64,000 nt of DNA from Lama guanicoe (lineage: Eukaryota): assembly GCA_013239625.1 (NCBI GenBank), contig MU053557.1, positions 1,309,063 to 1,373,062 on the forward strand. Reading direction: 5' to 3'. The translations under genes and the position numbers were made by a program. The notes under the pieces were generated by a model. It saw only the letters and a list, made by a program, of their open reading frames with translations. It was not told where the DNA came from and made no database searches. Of the stretch, positions 48,750-61,045 are shown in pieces. Numbering within the stretch: position 1 is the first letter of the stretch; the number at the start of each line of letters is the position of its first letter.

Positions 48750-50240
48750 CCAGGTACCATGAGGCAGGTGTTGTGCGAGCATCTTCACATTCAATGGTTT
48801 ACACAATCCTGAGAAGAGCCCAGGAAGGCAGATTTATTAGCCCCATGGAAAAATGGAGACTTATTGTGCCCATGTTCACCCAGCTAGCAGGCAGAAAAGC
48901 TGAGACTAGAACCCCAGCCTACCTGGGGCCAAATATCTGATCTTAAATACTCACCATGTTACATATCTCAGAACCTTATGAGAGGAAATAAATAAAGGAA
49001 AATAATGTAGTGCCTGAAACATGCTCACTAAGACTAGTTATTGCTTCTCACCCCTGACTCAGCATCACCTTCAAGCTGCCTCCCAGGGTATCCACAGAAA
49101 CACCTTTTTGCCTTAATGGTGGGACCTCAGCTGTCAGACTCTGATGCTTAGGTGTGCTGTTCCATATTGAATTTACATTTTAGGATCCAACTGAGGGCTG
49201 AATTTTGTGAAACATTTTAGTCGTCGACCACCTCCATGCTCTCCTCTTAAAGTTTTTCAAAATTGTATGGGTTTCCAGTGACCACAGTAGCACATGGCTA
49301 CACCCGTCGAGATGCCTCTGAAGGAGATCAAGAGGTTTCTTAGTGAAAGACAATCTCCAAAAGGTCCATAGAGGATGTTTGTGCATCCTCAGTATTTGTT
49401 CTATCCCCAAATAAAGGCTGACAAAGGAATACTGGCTGTCACTTTGATACCTACAGGGAAAACACCCCCCCCACACACACGCACAGACCCCACCAGGAAC
49501 ATGCCTTACCTTACAACTGAAAATGCGATATCCTCTTTCATCTTTTTTCAGCAAGGTTATTTCCTTCATTGATTTTTTTTCTTTGTTTGTTTCTTTAAAA
49601 AGCTGAATTAAAGGGCTTTTCCTCTAAGTGGCCCATGGAATGAAAATCTTTACTGCTTTACATATTGTATTTTGCTGAAGCAGTCAGTTCCCACAGCCAA
49701 TTCATAAGAATTCTAACTTGGTAATGGATAGAGCTGCCATTTGTAGACCCTGTACTATGTGCCAGGTAATCAGGTATTTAGAAACACAACAACCTTGTGA
49801 GCAAGATACTATCACCGTCTTAACTTACCAGAGAAGACAATAAGGCTTAGAGAAATTACATCACTCCCTAATAGCACACAGCCAACAAGGGGCAAGGTCT
49901 GCCTGTCCAGGCAGCCTGAGCACTTGACTATTGTGTATATTTCTCTCTCATCTTTCTATTCTTATTGCTGAATCCACATGAATAAATATTAAAAATAAGG
50001 GCTTATATTTATCGAGTGTCTGTTGTGTGCTGTGCACTATTGTACATTATTTATGTCATAATTGCTTTTATTCTTATCACAGCCCTATGAATTATGTATA
50101 TTATTTGCCCCCATTTTATAGATTTCTAGTGAGACGTGAAGAAATGAAATAACTTGTCCAAAGTTATACAGATGAGTTAGTAATAGCGCCAAGATTTCTA
50201 GCAAGTCAGTGTAACTGAAAAGGCCCTGTGTTTAACCACA
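48750..50240 (-). mobile_element. Cluster of antisense MIR fragments (about 48750-48960, 49730-49930, 50000-50240) separated by unique sequence
   Basis: CCCCATTTTATAGAT, AAGGCTTAGAGAAATTA, AATAACTTGTCCAAAGTTATACAG core motifs. Confidence 0.65.
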
Positions 50241-51677
50241 CAGTGTACCATCTGGAGTAGAAATGCAGGCTTCTTCACTCCTCCTGTTTGAACCTACTTA
50301 ACAAACACACTGTCTTGTATTTTTCCACTTCCAATGAGTATATACTGTTTCAACACATTTTATGTTTCCGTCTCACTAATAGTTTTTCTTCTCTCAGCAG
50401 ATAGACTTTGGAGGTGTACATATATTTCTGTGAACTTATTCCACACACGCAAAGGGAGCAAATATCATGTATTTATCTCAGGAGAAACCTGGAACTCCCA
50501 GGCCTGACTAGCCTCCAAGTACTCCCCAAGTGGAAATTTTGAAAGAAAAAATATGTTGCTATTTTTGACCGCCTCTTCATTCCCAGAGTGCTTCGCTCCT
50601 CATGCACACTTGCATGGCCAGCTCCTCGGCTCCTGTAGAGCACTGACTCATTATTGATGCACAGTTGCGTCTCCTCTTGTTTTATTCGGAACCAGTATGC
50701 ACTCTCTAGTTCTTCTTTCATTTCTTTTCCATTTAGTTTTCACATCATCCACTGGTTTTCTGGCTCCATAGTATATTTCCAATGAGGTAGGACACATTTG
50801 GAAATAGCCTAGAAGCCTAATGAGAGCTCACATGACGCCCATGGCTATCTGCCATCATGAGACTCTTCTGAGATGTTGCCCTTAGAATTCTACTGCCCCA
50901 CACTCCCTGTCACCTTGTTTAAGTCCCCCACAACAAATTTATCTTCCCTTTAATCAAAAGGATCAATAGAAACACTTTTTAATGGATACTTGAAGGACTG
51001 TGATGTGTTTGTTCCCGTGTTAAGAGGGTCAAAGAATTCAGTGTCAGGAATGATGGAGATGGAATCAAAACTTCTCAGTTCTAGTGTGACTGTCTAGTTA
51101 TAAGATTTGGCTTCCCCCCCCCCAATATTAGAGACTAGAACACTTGTTACACATGCTTCACAGGGCTTTCGGACATTCACCTCCAGTTATGCACAAGAAA
51201 GGATTGTGGAATTATTAAGGGCTGTACAGATGGAACCCCCTCTGGGCAAGCTCTACACTCTCTAGTGGGGCTGAGGTTCAGTGAGAGCCATAGTCGATGG
51301 GCCACACCCATACCAGCAAGCAGGACAAGCCAAGTGACAGAAGCCATCATCAGGTGAACCACATTTACTGAGCACTTGCTGCAGAGCATCCACTTCACTA
51401 GGAGTCGGAAGGAGGGAGGGGAAAAAGCATAGTAAGTCAGTCAAAGCATGCTTGCAGAAGCCTGTTACATGCCGGCCATGGTGATAGGTCCTGGGCACCC
51501 ATCTGTGAAAGGCTATGTAGCGGAGCCTCCTGGAAGCCAAACAAACAGGAAATTTCAACATAATGAAACGAAAAATAATAGAGGATCCTAGGGCACCACA
51601 TCAGAGGGCTATTTGACTCAGACTAAGGGAAGGCTTCCCACAGGAGGTACCATGTACAGTGATACCCAAAGAAAGGC

Positions 51678-52125
51678 GTATTCATTTTCTAGGGTTGTTG
51701 TAGCAAAGTCCCACAAACGAGTTAACCTAAAACAACAGAAGTGTAATGTCACAGATCAGGAGGCTGGAAATCCAAAATCAACTTGTCCGCAGTATAGGTT
51801 TTATCTGGAGCCTCACAAAAGAAAGTGTCCCCTTCCTCTCTCCTAGCTTCTGGAGGCTGCAGGCAATCCTTGGTGTCTTTTGGCTTAAAAATGCATCATT
51901 CTAATCGCTGACTTCATCCTCACATTGACTTCTCTGCTTCTCTGTAGATCCTTCTCTGTTTCTTATAAGGACATCCTCTTTGGATTTAGTGTCCACTCTA
52001 ATCCAATATAATCTCATCTCATTCTTATTGTAATTACATCTGCAGAGATCCTATTTACAAATAGTCTTATTCTGAGATTCCAGGCAGACATGAATTTTGG
52101 GCAGACATTATGTAATTGATACAAA
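51678..52125 (-). mobile_element. MLT1C-like solo LTR inserted in an L2
   Basis: TAAAACAACAGAA...GGAGGCTGGAAATCCAAAATCAA...CTAGCTTCTGGAGGCTGCAGGCAATCCTTGG...TCTTATAAGGACA...AATTACATCTGCAGAGA. Confidence 0.88.
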
Positions 52126-52989
52126 GGAGAAGGAACTATTTTATAGTGTAACGAGTGAAAGGGCATTCCAGGGAAAGAGAACAGAATATGCAAAGGCCTA
52201 GAATGAAGAAAGAGACTGGCATGCTCAAGAAATTTTTTTAAAATGTTAATGTGGTTTTAGGAAGAAGGGCTAAGAGAGAGTTAAAAGAAGCAAAGATGGC
52301 CAGAATATAGGTCTTCAAATTAAGCCAAAAGATTTGGACTTCTTTTCTGAGAGCAATGAGGGGCAATGATAGGTTTCAAATAGCATATTAACATGATACA
52401 TACTGTGTTTCAGAGAAATGATCCTGGCCTTGGGCAGAGAATTAAGTGTGAAGAGAGTAAAGGACTAGAGCCTAGTAGGGAGTCTGCTGCTGGAGTGGAG
52501 GTGAGACAGGAGGGTGACTTGAGTCATAGGATGGCCATGGAGACGAAAATAAGTTATGTACCTGGGAAAGGAAGAAGATGTTTAGTTAAAAAGGACTTGC
52601 AGGACTTGGCAATTAAAAAAAACTATAAATAAGTGATCTGATAGATGTTAACCAGGCTTCCTTTTGGCAATCATTTTGTAATACATACATTTATTAAATC
52701 ATTGTGTTGGACACCTTAAACTAATGCAGCATTGGGTGTCACTTATATCTCAATAAAACTGGAGGGAAAGGAAGAAAAAGAAAAGGAGAAAGAAAGGGCT
52801 TGCAGGGGTTAAAGTTAAGGGGAAGGCATAGAGGTACAGATTTTTATATACCTTCATTTTTTTATGGATTTTTTTTCCCCATAGCCTAGTAGCTGACTAA
52901 ATTTCCAGTGGATTACGGTGATTTTCCTCAGAGATACAAGTGTTTAATATAAAGAGTGACAATATTGGGACAATTTCTTTAGATCATCC

Positions 52990-53560
52990 TGTGTTAATTA
53001 GGGTTCTTTTACTTCAAAGCAACAGTAATTGAATATTAACTAATGTAAAAAAAAATGAAAGGATATATTTACACACATCCTGAAAAGTCGGCTACAGGCT
53101 TGGCTAGATCTCATGGTTCAAACACAATATTCACACTGTTTTTTTCTCTTTCTGTCCCTCAACTACACTTCTTTTTTTTACCCCCAAGCCTGGCTTTATT
53201 CTTATCTAAGCTTTTTCTCTGATGGTAGGAAGAAAGGGTGCTTTATCTTCAGCTCACATCAACCTCATACTCAAAGCCCCTCAGATAGAAAAGAGAGTCT
53301 CCTCCCCTAACTTTGTTCAATTTCTTGAGAAAAGTAATTGTCCCAGATCAGATCTCATTTTCATCCCTCAGCCAGTTGCTCCCCTTGAGTGAACGGAATG
53401 CTCTGTTAGGCTTGGATCACATGACAAAATTTGGGAATGAGTAAACTCATCTGAGCCTCATGGACCACGCAGATTACTATGGAATGAGTAAGAGGTGGTT
53501 CCCCAAATGAAGGGCTATGAAGCACACAAAAATAATAACCAAAAGTAACAGATACTAAAC
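52990..53560 (-). mobile_element. Old MLT1J/K/L-like LTR
   Basis: TGTTAATTAGGGTTCTTTTACTTCAAAGCAACAG start; GGCTTGGATCACATG internal motif. Confidence 0.5.
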
Positions 53561-53669
53561 ACACACACTGCAGTGGTTCTAAGCAAAAGCAGTTGTCTTC
53601 AGGCAAGGTCAGGATAATATTCTTAATTCATAATTTATTCCATCACCTTTTTCTGTTGCCTAATTCATC

Positions 53670-54420
53670 TATCCATTCATCTGTCCATCCATCCATCCAT
53701 TCCATTCACTACACATTACAAAGTACCCACCATATGAGAGTAGCTAAGGAATTCAAAACTAAATAACATGGGATTTTTGTACTCCAGTTGGCTGTGATCG
53801 AAAAAAGGAAGACAGATATTGTAAATACATATTTGGGTAGAAATTAGGCCAGATACAGAGATACTAGTTTATTAATATGGATCAATTCATTTTTGCTCAA
53901 TGGATGAATAAGTGAATAGATGAGCCCAACCTGCTTCAATAAAATATTTGTTTTCAGAAAAAGTGGGGAAGACAAATGCTTCATAAGTTCTGAGCAGGTC
54001 AGAATGAAATATTCAATAACAGTATAAATAATGAACTGCTAAATATTAAATATGGGGTGAATATTCCATTGGGAAATTCATGAGCAATGTTGTGAAAATG
54101 TGGCATTTCGATGGGGACTTAAAGAATGAAAAAAGATTCAATACCTAGAAGATTGTTCCAAGCTGGGAGAATACCAGGTATATAAGGCAAAGTATGAAAT
54201 CATCTGAATAGCTGAAAACAATGATAGCTAACTTGTATGGCCAAAATACAGGATACCTAGACAATTAGAGAAAGGGGTATACCTAGAAAGATGGTTTGGA
54301 GATAAAGTCTGAGGAACATTAGACTGCAGAACAAGAAATGTCAACTATTTTCCATAAATATTTTGAAATCAGGGCAGTTTGAGTCATTTTTAAAAATAAT
54401 TCGAAGATAACTTGGAGAAG
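53670..54420 (-). mobile_element. L2 3' fragment with (CCAT)n/(TCAT)n tail
   Basis: ATCCATTCATCTGTCCATCCATCCATCCATTCCATTCA tail followed by purine-rich body. Confidence 0.5.
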
Positions 54421-55469
54421 AATAAGTGGGACTCGTGTATGTTGTCCCCAAAGTCAGTCCAACTCTTTGGATCATGCCATTTAGCATCTACATCTCTGGG
54501 AATCTCTGGAGAAGTTAGGCATTCTTAAAAATTGTAAAAGTCATTTTCTCTGAAGAGAATAGACTTCCACTAGCTGAGCACTTAGTAGTAAAAATTACTT
54601 TTTTAGAACTGTCACCATTCCTAGAGAAGAAGCCAACTCTGTGGTTGCATGGCCTACTTTGCTTCCACTTATTCAAGACTAAGGTGCAGCAAGGTCAGGG
54701 AACACAGAGTCCTAAATACCTTCGTGTTTCTACCTAATGCCACTGGGGGAAATCTCCAGACCCCTTTAGCACTCTCAGAGCTTCTGTCAGATGGTTAGTA
54801 AACCCACCTTTTAGCAGTCAGTCTGAAAATATGTTTGTTCCATTTCCACCTCTGTTACCACGCCCTCATTCCCACTTACTTTGTCAAGAGAAAAGAGAAA
54901 TAGCAAGGAATTTGTGTTTGGGGGTATAAGAAAGGTATCCTGAAAAACAACTGCACTCTGAAAGAAAGGAAAGTGAGCCAATGTTCATCTTCAGATTGTA
55001 TTTTATCCTCTTTGGGATAAGAGTTCAGAGACATCAGCACACAGCTGTGAGCTGACATACGCAGTACAGAGGAGAGTTGTTAGACCTGTAGACTCACAGA
55101 GAGTGGCATTTCTCCATCTGCACTGGCGACAACATGATTCATGTAACCACACCACCTCTTCCCCGAAGACGCAGACAGCCCCCACGTGAGATGTGATCTT
55201 GCTGCTGGCAAGTGGGATGTGAGTGATGAGCTCTTTGCATGGAAGGCATCAGTTCTCACTTTGGAAGGTCTGGCCCACACAGCCACCCCAGCCAGTCCCA
55301 CGCATTCTCACCACCACCATAAGGAGAAATTCACAGAGTGTGAAAACAGGAAGAAACTTTGCAGACCACCACATTCTTTTTCCATGGAGAAAATAAGATC
55401 ACTGACGGATGCTGTTCACTGCTGGCCAGTGTTGATAATAAAGCTACCACTGCTTTGTATCTCTTGTAT

Positions 55470-55695
55470 GTGAATAGTACTTTACAGTTTATGCAGCATC
55501 TTCAGGCCTAGTCTTGTCTCCATTTCTCACACTAAGTCTGTGAGGTGGTATTTATCATCTCTGTTTTACAGATGAGTAAACAAAGGCACAGAGGAGTTAA
55601 AGTAACTCATCTAGGGCCAAAGAGCCGGTAAGAGTTAACAGCTGAGCCTGGAACTGTGACATCCCGAGGATTAGGCCACAACCCTTACCTCTGCA
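55470..55695 (-). mobile_element. MIR SINE
   Basis: CTGTGAGGTGG...TGTTTTACAGATGAGTAAACAAAGGCACAGAGGAGTTAAAGTAACT. Confidence 0.8.
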
Positions 55696-56099
55696 TTGCA
55701 TTGCCTCTCGAACAATGTCCACCAAACGACCCCTTGTTTGGGGTATGTTGTTAGGAGAGGTTCCAAAGGAGAAGTCCAGGAGGTCTCCTTGAGCACCTGG
55801 GAAATCAGAAGCAAGGAGTTTCCAGCGAGACTGCACAAGAGTGAACATGGTACAGCTGTAAGTACTGTTTATCACAGAAGAGTTACCAGATAACCAGGGA
55901 CACTGGACCAACACACGTTAAATAGACAGAGAATTCAGAGCGAGCCACAACTAAGTGCTGAGCGGTTACAGTGACATTTGATAGAGAGGTTGAGAGGTGA
56001 TGAGTGAAGGCTGAAGAAACAGAAAGGCTTACAATGAAGCCATACAGAGAGATGAAAAGCTGGGGCTTCGGCAGCATGTGAACCTGGGCACATCAGCCC

Positions 56100-56275
56100 A
56101 GCACCACCTCTGAATACCCGTGATTTTGGGTAAGCCACTGAAATGCTTCAAATCTCCATTTCCTCATCTGTAAAATGGGGCAACTCCTGTATCTTAGGGT
56201 TGTGATGAGGACCTAATGGGATAAAGTATCTCAAGTTCCTAGCATAGGGTCTGGCACAGAGTCATTTCTATAAGG
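56100..56275 (+). mobile_element. MIR SINE
   Basis: TTTCCTCATCTGTAAAATGGGG...AGGGTTGTGATGAGGACCTAATGGGATAA...TCTGGCACAGAG. Confidence 0.8.
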
Positions 56276-56881
56276 CTTTAATAAAGATACGGAATTTACA
56301 TTGGCCCAGCTGGGTAGGTAAGACGTTAGGAGCTGGTCCACTTGCTGCAAGTGCTGGCTAAGCAGAAAACGCAGCCACACATCTCTGTGCCTTGCTCTGG
56401 CACCCTGCTTGGGTACAAGCTTGGGTACAAGTACCAGGCTGACTGTTACACTGAGGACATCGATATTTGTAAATTGGTGCTTTTAGAGCTCAAGAAGAGC
56501 CTTAACCCTAGCCTGGGTTTGTAAAGGAAAGCACTGGAGCACTCTGAGGCCAAATATCAATACTTCTGAGCAGTGATGGCTAGAAACGGGAGACAGTCTG
56601 GCTCTTCTAAGAATGCCAGAAATTTCTCAAAAATGTGAACAAGTGTCTAGGGCAGATTCTTCCTTTTCCTGTGGATGATCACTCAGAGAGCCCTTTTGGT
56701 CATACTGCTGACTTTCAAATATTTATTTAATATTAGCTGATTTAGTCATGAATAGAGATAATACTAACACAGCAGGATTTGGTTATGCATGTTTGGTTTA
56801 ATAACCTAAGTGAATACCTTAATGAGGGACAGTGCAACTCTGAAAACAATGGGCAGAGGTATGAGAAGGAGGCGGGAGAGT

Positions 56882-57256
56882 CGTATTAGTTTCCTGGGGC
56901 TACTGTAACAAAAGTGCCACGGACTGGGTGGCTCAAACACAGAAATTTATTTTCTCAAAGTTCTGGAGGCTGCAAGTCCAGGATCTAAGTGTCAGCAGGG
57001 TTGGTTCCTTCTGAGCTCTTCCTCCATGGCTTGTAAATGGCTTTCTTCATGTTCACATGGCATTCTCCCTTCATGTGTGTTTTTGTCCACAATTCATCTT
57101 CTTATAAGGACACCAGTCACATTGGATGAAGGTCACCCTAATGGCCTTATTTTAACTTATCTGCCTTTTGCTGTATCTCCAAATACAGTCACATTCTGAG
57201 GTCCTGGGGGTTGAGACTTCAATGCATGAATTTTGGGGCAACATAATTCAGCCCTG
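56882..57256 (-). mobile_element. MLT1A/B-like solo LTR
   Basis: GTATTAGTTTCCTGGGGCTACTGTAACAAA...AGAAATTTATTTTCTCAAAGTTCTGGAGGCTG...CTTCTTATAAGGACACCAGTCACATTGGAT...CCAAATACAGTCACATTCTGAGGT. Confidence 0.9.
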
Positions 57257-58336
57257 AGAAAGGATGCTAAAAAATATTTCAGATTCACTTGACAGACCAA
57301 GAAACAAAAATTTCAGATGAGGCCATTGGTGGAAGATTCAAAATAAGACAAATAGAGGATGTTATCAGTATGACAACAGTCTGGGCCATAGTGAGCAACA
57401 GCCCAGAAGGAGCTTCCTGTGACAGAGGAGAGGTGGACCGGGTTTGGGGGGTGGTGATACCCAATTTTGAGTCAAACTTTCCTCATCTCAATTGACATGG
57501 CTTGATATTATCTTCAAGTTTCAGATAAAGTTCATTATCCACCACAACCTGGTTTTGGCCTCTTGTTAGCACTGTCTTGGAATGAAGGAAGGGGCAACAG
57601 CAGTCCAAGTTTTAAGGCCAAACAAAGGGAAGAGAGTTAAATGGCAGGGATAGGTGGTGACAGAACATCCAAGAGTGACAGAGGGAAGAGCTTTAAGCAG
57701 CAGTTCAGAGCAAGAATGGAGAGGAACAACCAGGACATACAATCCCTCCCTGGACATACTCAGAAATTTAGGGAGGGGCTGGGGTTTTCGTATTCATGCA
57801 GGATAGGGTTGACTTACTTTACACGAAGTTTGTCTTCTATATGAAGGATCTTAAGGGAGAAGACAGCATCTCTTAGACTAGAGGGGTTGAGCGCTGAGTG
57901 GAGAGAAGCTGAAAGCTGAGAGAGATTGGGAAGCCTGAGCCCACTCCTTGAAGTTGTTTCCATTTGCTCAACTGCACGACAGAAGGAGCTTCACATTTTC
58001 ACTTGACCACAGTCCAGCTCTTTGAAAGCGAGCATTGCCCTTCCCATCCCTTATCCTAGGTTGTACTTATCTAAGCAGCACAGCCCTCGTCCTTCCCGCT
58101 GTCATTCATACACCACATTGTAACGTCCTCTGTCATTCTGGTTACTGTAGTCCAGATACATACCCTTTCAGTGTCCCCTGATGGTCTATCCCATGGTACC
58201 TCCAAGTATACATCTCAACCTTCAGTTGGTAAAAAGGGCAAAAGAATAATTGCTGGGAGAGGTGAATCAAAAAAACTAAAAAAAAAAATAAAAGGAATAA
58301 TTATCTGATTCTGAAAGCTTCAAGAACCAATCATAT

Positions 58337-58457
58337 AGTAACCTTCAATGAAAAAGAATATGAAAACAAATACACGTATGTATTTGTATGGCAGGGACAT
58401 TATGCTGTACACCAGAAACTGACAGATTGTAACTGGTATATTTCAATTAAAAAAAAA
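58337..58457 (+). mobile_element. Severely 5'-truncated young L1 3' tail
   Basis: AAAAAGAATATGAAAACAAATACACGTATG...TATGCTGTACACCAGAAACTGACA...TTCAATTAAAAAAAAA, similar to 27460-27580; flanked by AATCATAT repeats. Confidence 0.75.
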
Positions 58458-60063
58458 TCATATTCCATTAGGCCTAAGGGCCTGTTTTGGTAACCAGCAT
58501 ACATTAAACATTTTTCATAAAAAGATATGACACAAAGATTAACTAACAGATTTTAAACCTAAAAACAAATGTAAGAAACTGTGTTGAGTGAAGCAAAAAT
58601 TATTTCTGTCTTGAAAGATGGGCCTATTTTTCTTGTGATCACGGAAAGGGGTGATTTCTGAGAGCAGAAGCATAGCCAGGTCCATCAAAAATACCAGTCA
58701 CAGAGAAACATTCATTTTCTGTTGACATCTCCCCAGGAGAAGGAATGAGAAACTGACATTAGCTTTAGATCTAAGCTGAGACTGCAGCATGAAATCATAT
58801 GGACACTTGGGTGTTACCTTCCCCAAAGAATTTCATTTTATATAAATTGTAGGAAACCTGACACACATATTAAAATTTACTACGGTTGAATGAAAGTCAG
58901 GGATAAAAAAGGAGACAAACGTTGCTTCCAGTAATAACATCCATTATCGCCAGATACATGTTTCGTTCTCTTGGGGGCATTTCCTGGCATAGATTTTCAT
59001 GCCAACCCAAATGTTGTATTTTCAATAGACATACATTAGTTGTATTCAGCCACAGAGAAGATCTGGCTAATATAGAACAAAACCCTACTCTGTGTTTTTT
59101 GTTATGTTTTGTTTTTGCTTGTTTGGTGTTTACCTGTATCACCATGAGCTCTGTGCAGTCAGGCACCCATCAACAACATTGGTAGAATGTCACTTTTGAG
59201 CAAGAGCCTTGAAACTGGATGCTTGTAAAGTGAGAGAACCTCAAGACACCAGAGGGAATCCTTGGCACTCCTCAAGCTCAGGTGTCAGTCTTAGCCCACA
59301 AGGTGCCCAAATGCACTCCAGGAGTGAGAAGCCTGGGCCCTGCTGTTTTCCTCTGCCTGGCCATTTCTAACTTTGTCCTAATGTTCTGTGTGTAGATATT
59401 AAAAGAGAGAGTTATGAGAATGGCATACTCATGCTTGAAAACCTATCAGAAACCTTAGAAATATCCAATCCAGTTTTACAATCAGCTAACTTTTGCAGAA
59501 CTATCCTAGGGAAATATTCAGAGACTGAAACTATATGAATGAAGAGAAATATAAGCCTCAACCTAGTTGCTATCAGGAGGTGAATGATAAATTACTTACT
59601 TAATTATTGTATAGCCACCTAAATGATACACTGTTATGCACCCCATAAAAAAGATATTTTCAGAGGCCAGTCCTTTGAGGCTCTAGCTTAAATGAAAAGG
59701 AGAGGACATGAAATTAAACATCATAATATCAATTTTATAATTTTAATTTATATATGTAAATATACACATTTGTATAACAAAGTTAAAATCACAGTGGCAC
59801 ATGGTAGGCACATGATAAATTACTTAAAAATGAATTTACAACAAAATCTTAATTGTGTGTATGTTTGGAAGACTGATTTTGGTGGTTATGTTTCTTCTTC
59901 ATACTTCTCTAAATTTTCCTGTTTGTTTACAATGAACAGTTAACTCTTACAGTCAAAGGCATCTGCAACATGAGGAGAGAGAGTACCATTTCATATGAGC
60001 AAAGTACCATGGGGATATGGAAGTAACTTGCTCAAGTTTATGGCAGTATTAACAGTCTAGCTA

Positions 60064-60194
60064 GGGGAGGGTATAGCTCAAGAGGTAGAGCGCGTGCTTA
60101 GCATGCACCAAGTCCTGGGTTCAATCCCCGGTACCTCCACTAAAAATAAACAAACCTAATTACCTCCCCCCTACCAAAATAAAATAATTAACTA
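60064..60194 (+). mobile_element. tRNA-Ala-derived camelid SINE (Vic-1-like), younger copy
   Basis: GGGGAGGGTATAGCTCAAGAGGTAGAGCGCGTGCTTAGCATGCACCAAGTCCTGGGTTCAATCCCCGGTACCTCCA head, then A-rich linker, CCTAATTACCTCCCCCC and A-rich tail. Perfect 15-bp TSD AACAGTCTAGCTAGG at 60051-60065 and 60195-60209. Confidence 0.93.
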
Positions 60195-60784
60195 AACAGT
60201 CTAGCTAGGAGTGCAATATGAACATCTTCTGTCCTGGGCCAGGAAACTTCCCATTGAACAAAACAGGAATTTTTCTGAATTACTGCCTGAAAACCAACCC
60301 TAAGCTCCTCCTATCATTGTTAAATGACAGAAGGCTGGGTTCCATGTAGGTTCCTAGAGAGTCTTATTCTAGCTGTTAAGACCAAGGTCTTAATCCTGGG
60401 ACACAAATACAAGTAGCAGTTTGTGTTCATTTGGTTTCCCGCTGTTGAGAACTCCAAGCAGAAGTGTGTCACTGGAGGAGCAAAGACAGGCTGTGTGAAG
60501 TGTAGTTTCCAGTGGACGCAGTAGAGCTGACCTGTCTCTTGGAGCTCACTTGGGGCATTATACTTTAATGTGTGTCAGAGTCATTTGACTTGAAGCTTGG
60601 TTTCAGAGACCAACTAGCAGTATAATTAAATGGTAATAATAATGACTATGTCGATTTCAAGATCATTGTTTGTCAGACACTATTTTTAGTGACTCATGTA
60701 GTTGATGTCACAGAACAAAGTGAAGATTCAAACCATGGTCTGTCTGACTTCCGGACACGGATCCTTTTTTGTTTGTTTTGTAAT

Positions 60785-61045
60785 TAAGACATCTTTAGAG
60801 CCATTTAAGGTTTACAGCCACACTTAGGAGAGGATACCAGGATTTTTCGTGTACCCTCTGCCTCCGCACATGCACAGCTTCCCCGATTTTCAGCGTCCCC
60901 CACCAGAGCAGTCCATTTGTTATGATGATAATCGCCCAAAGTATATAGTTTCCATGGGGGTTCGCTCTTGTACATCTGGTGGGTTGGTACAAACATACAA
61001 TGACATGCATCTGTCGTTACGATATCAAGAGTATTTTCACATATG
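60785..61045 (-). mobile_element. L1MC-like 3' end fragment
   Basis: TTTAGAGCCATTTAAGGTTTACAG...CACATGCACAGCTTCCCC...CCCCACCAGAG...CCCAAAGTATATAGTTTCCATGGGGGTTCGCTCTTG. Confidence 0.8.

Noticed and set aside
49180..49569. 129-aa minus-strand ORF
   Set aside because: No recognisable domain or supporting exon structure; consistent with chance.
54876..56138. Cluster of 60-105 aa ORFs
   Set aside because: No homology I can recognise, partly overlapping MIR sequence, several non-ATG starts, and no paired strong splice sites.
56407..56430. 12-bp tandem duplication (GCTTGGGTACAA)x2
   Set aside because: Ordinary slippage duplication with no sign of function.
60064..60140. Functional tRNA-Ala(AGC) gene
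   Set aside because: Extra 5' bases, an anticodon-stem mismatch, no oligo-T terminator, a SINE-specific tail and a TSD show it is a SINE. The same applies to 40609-40690.
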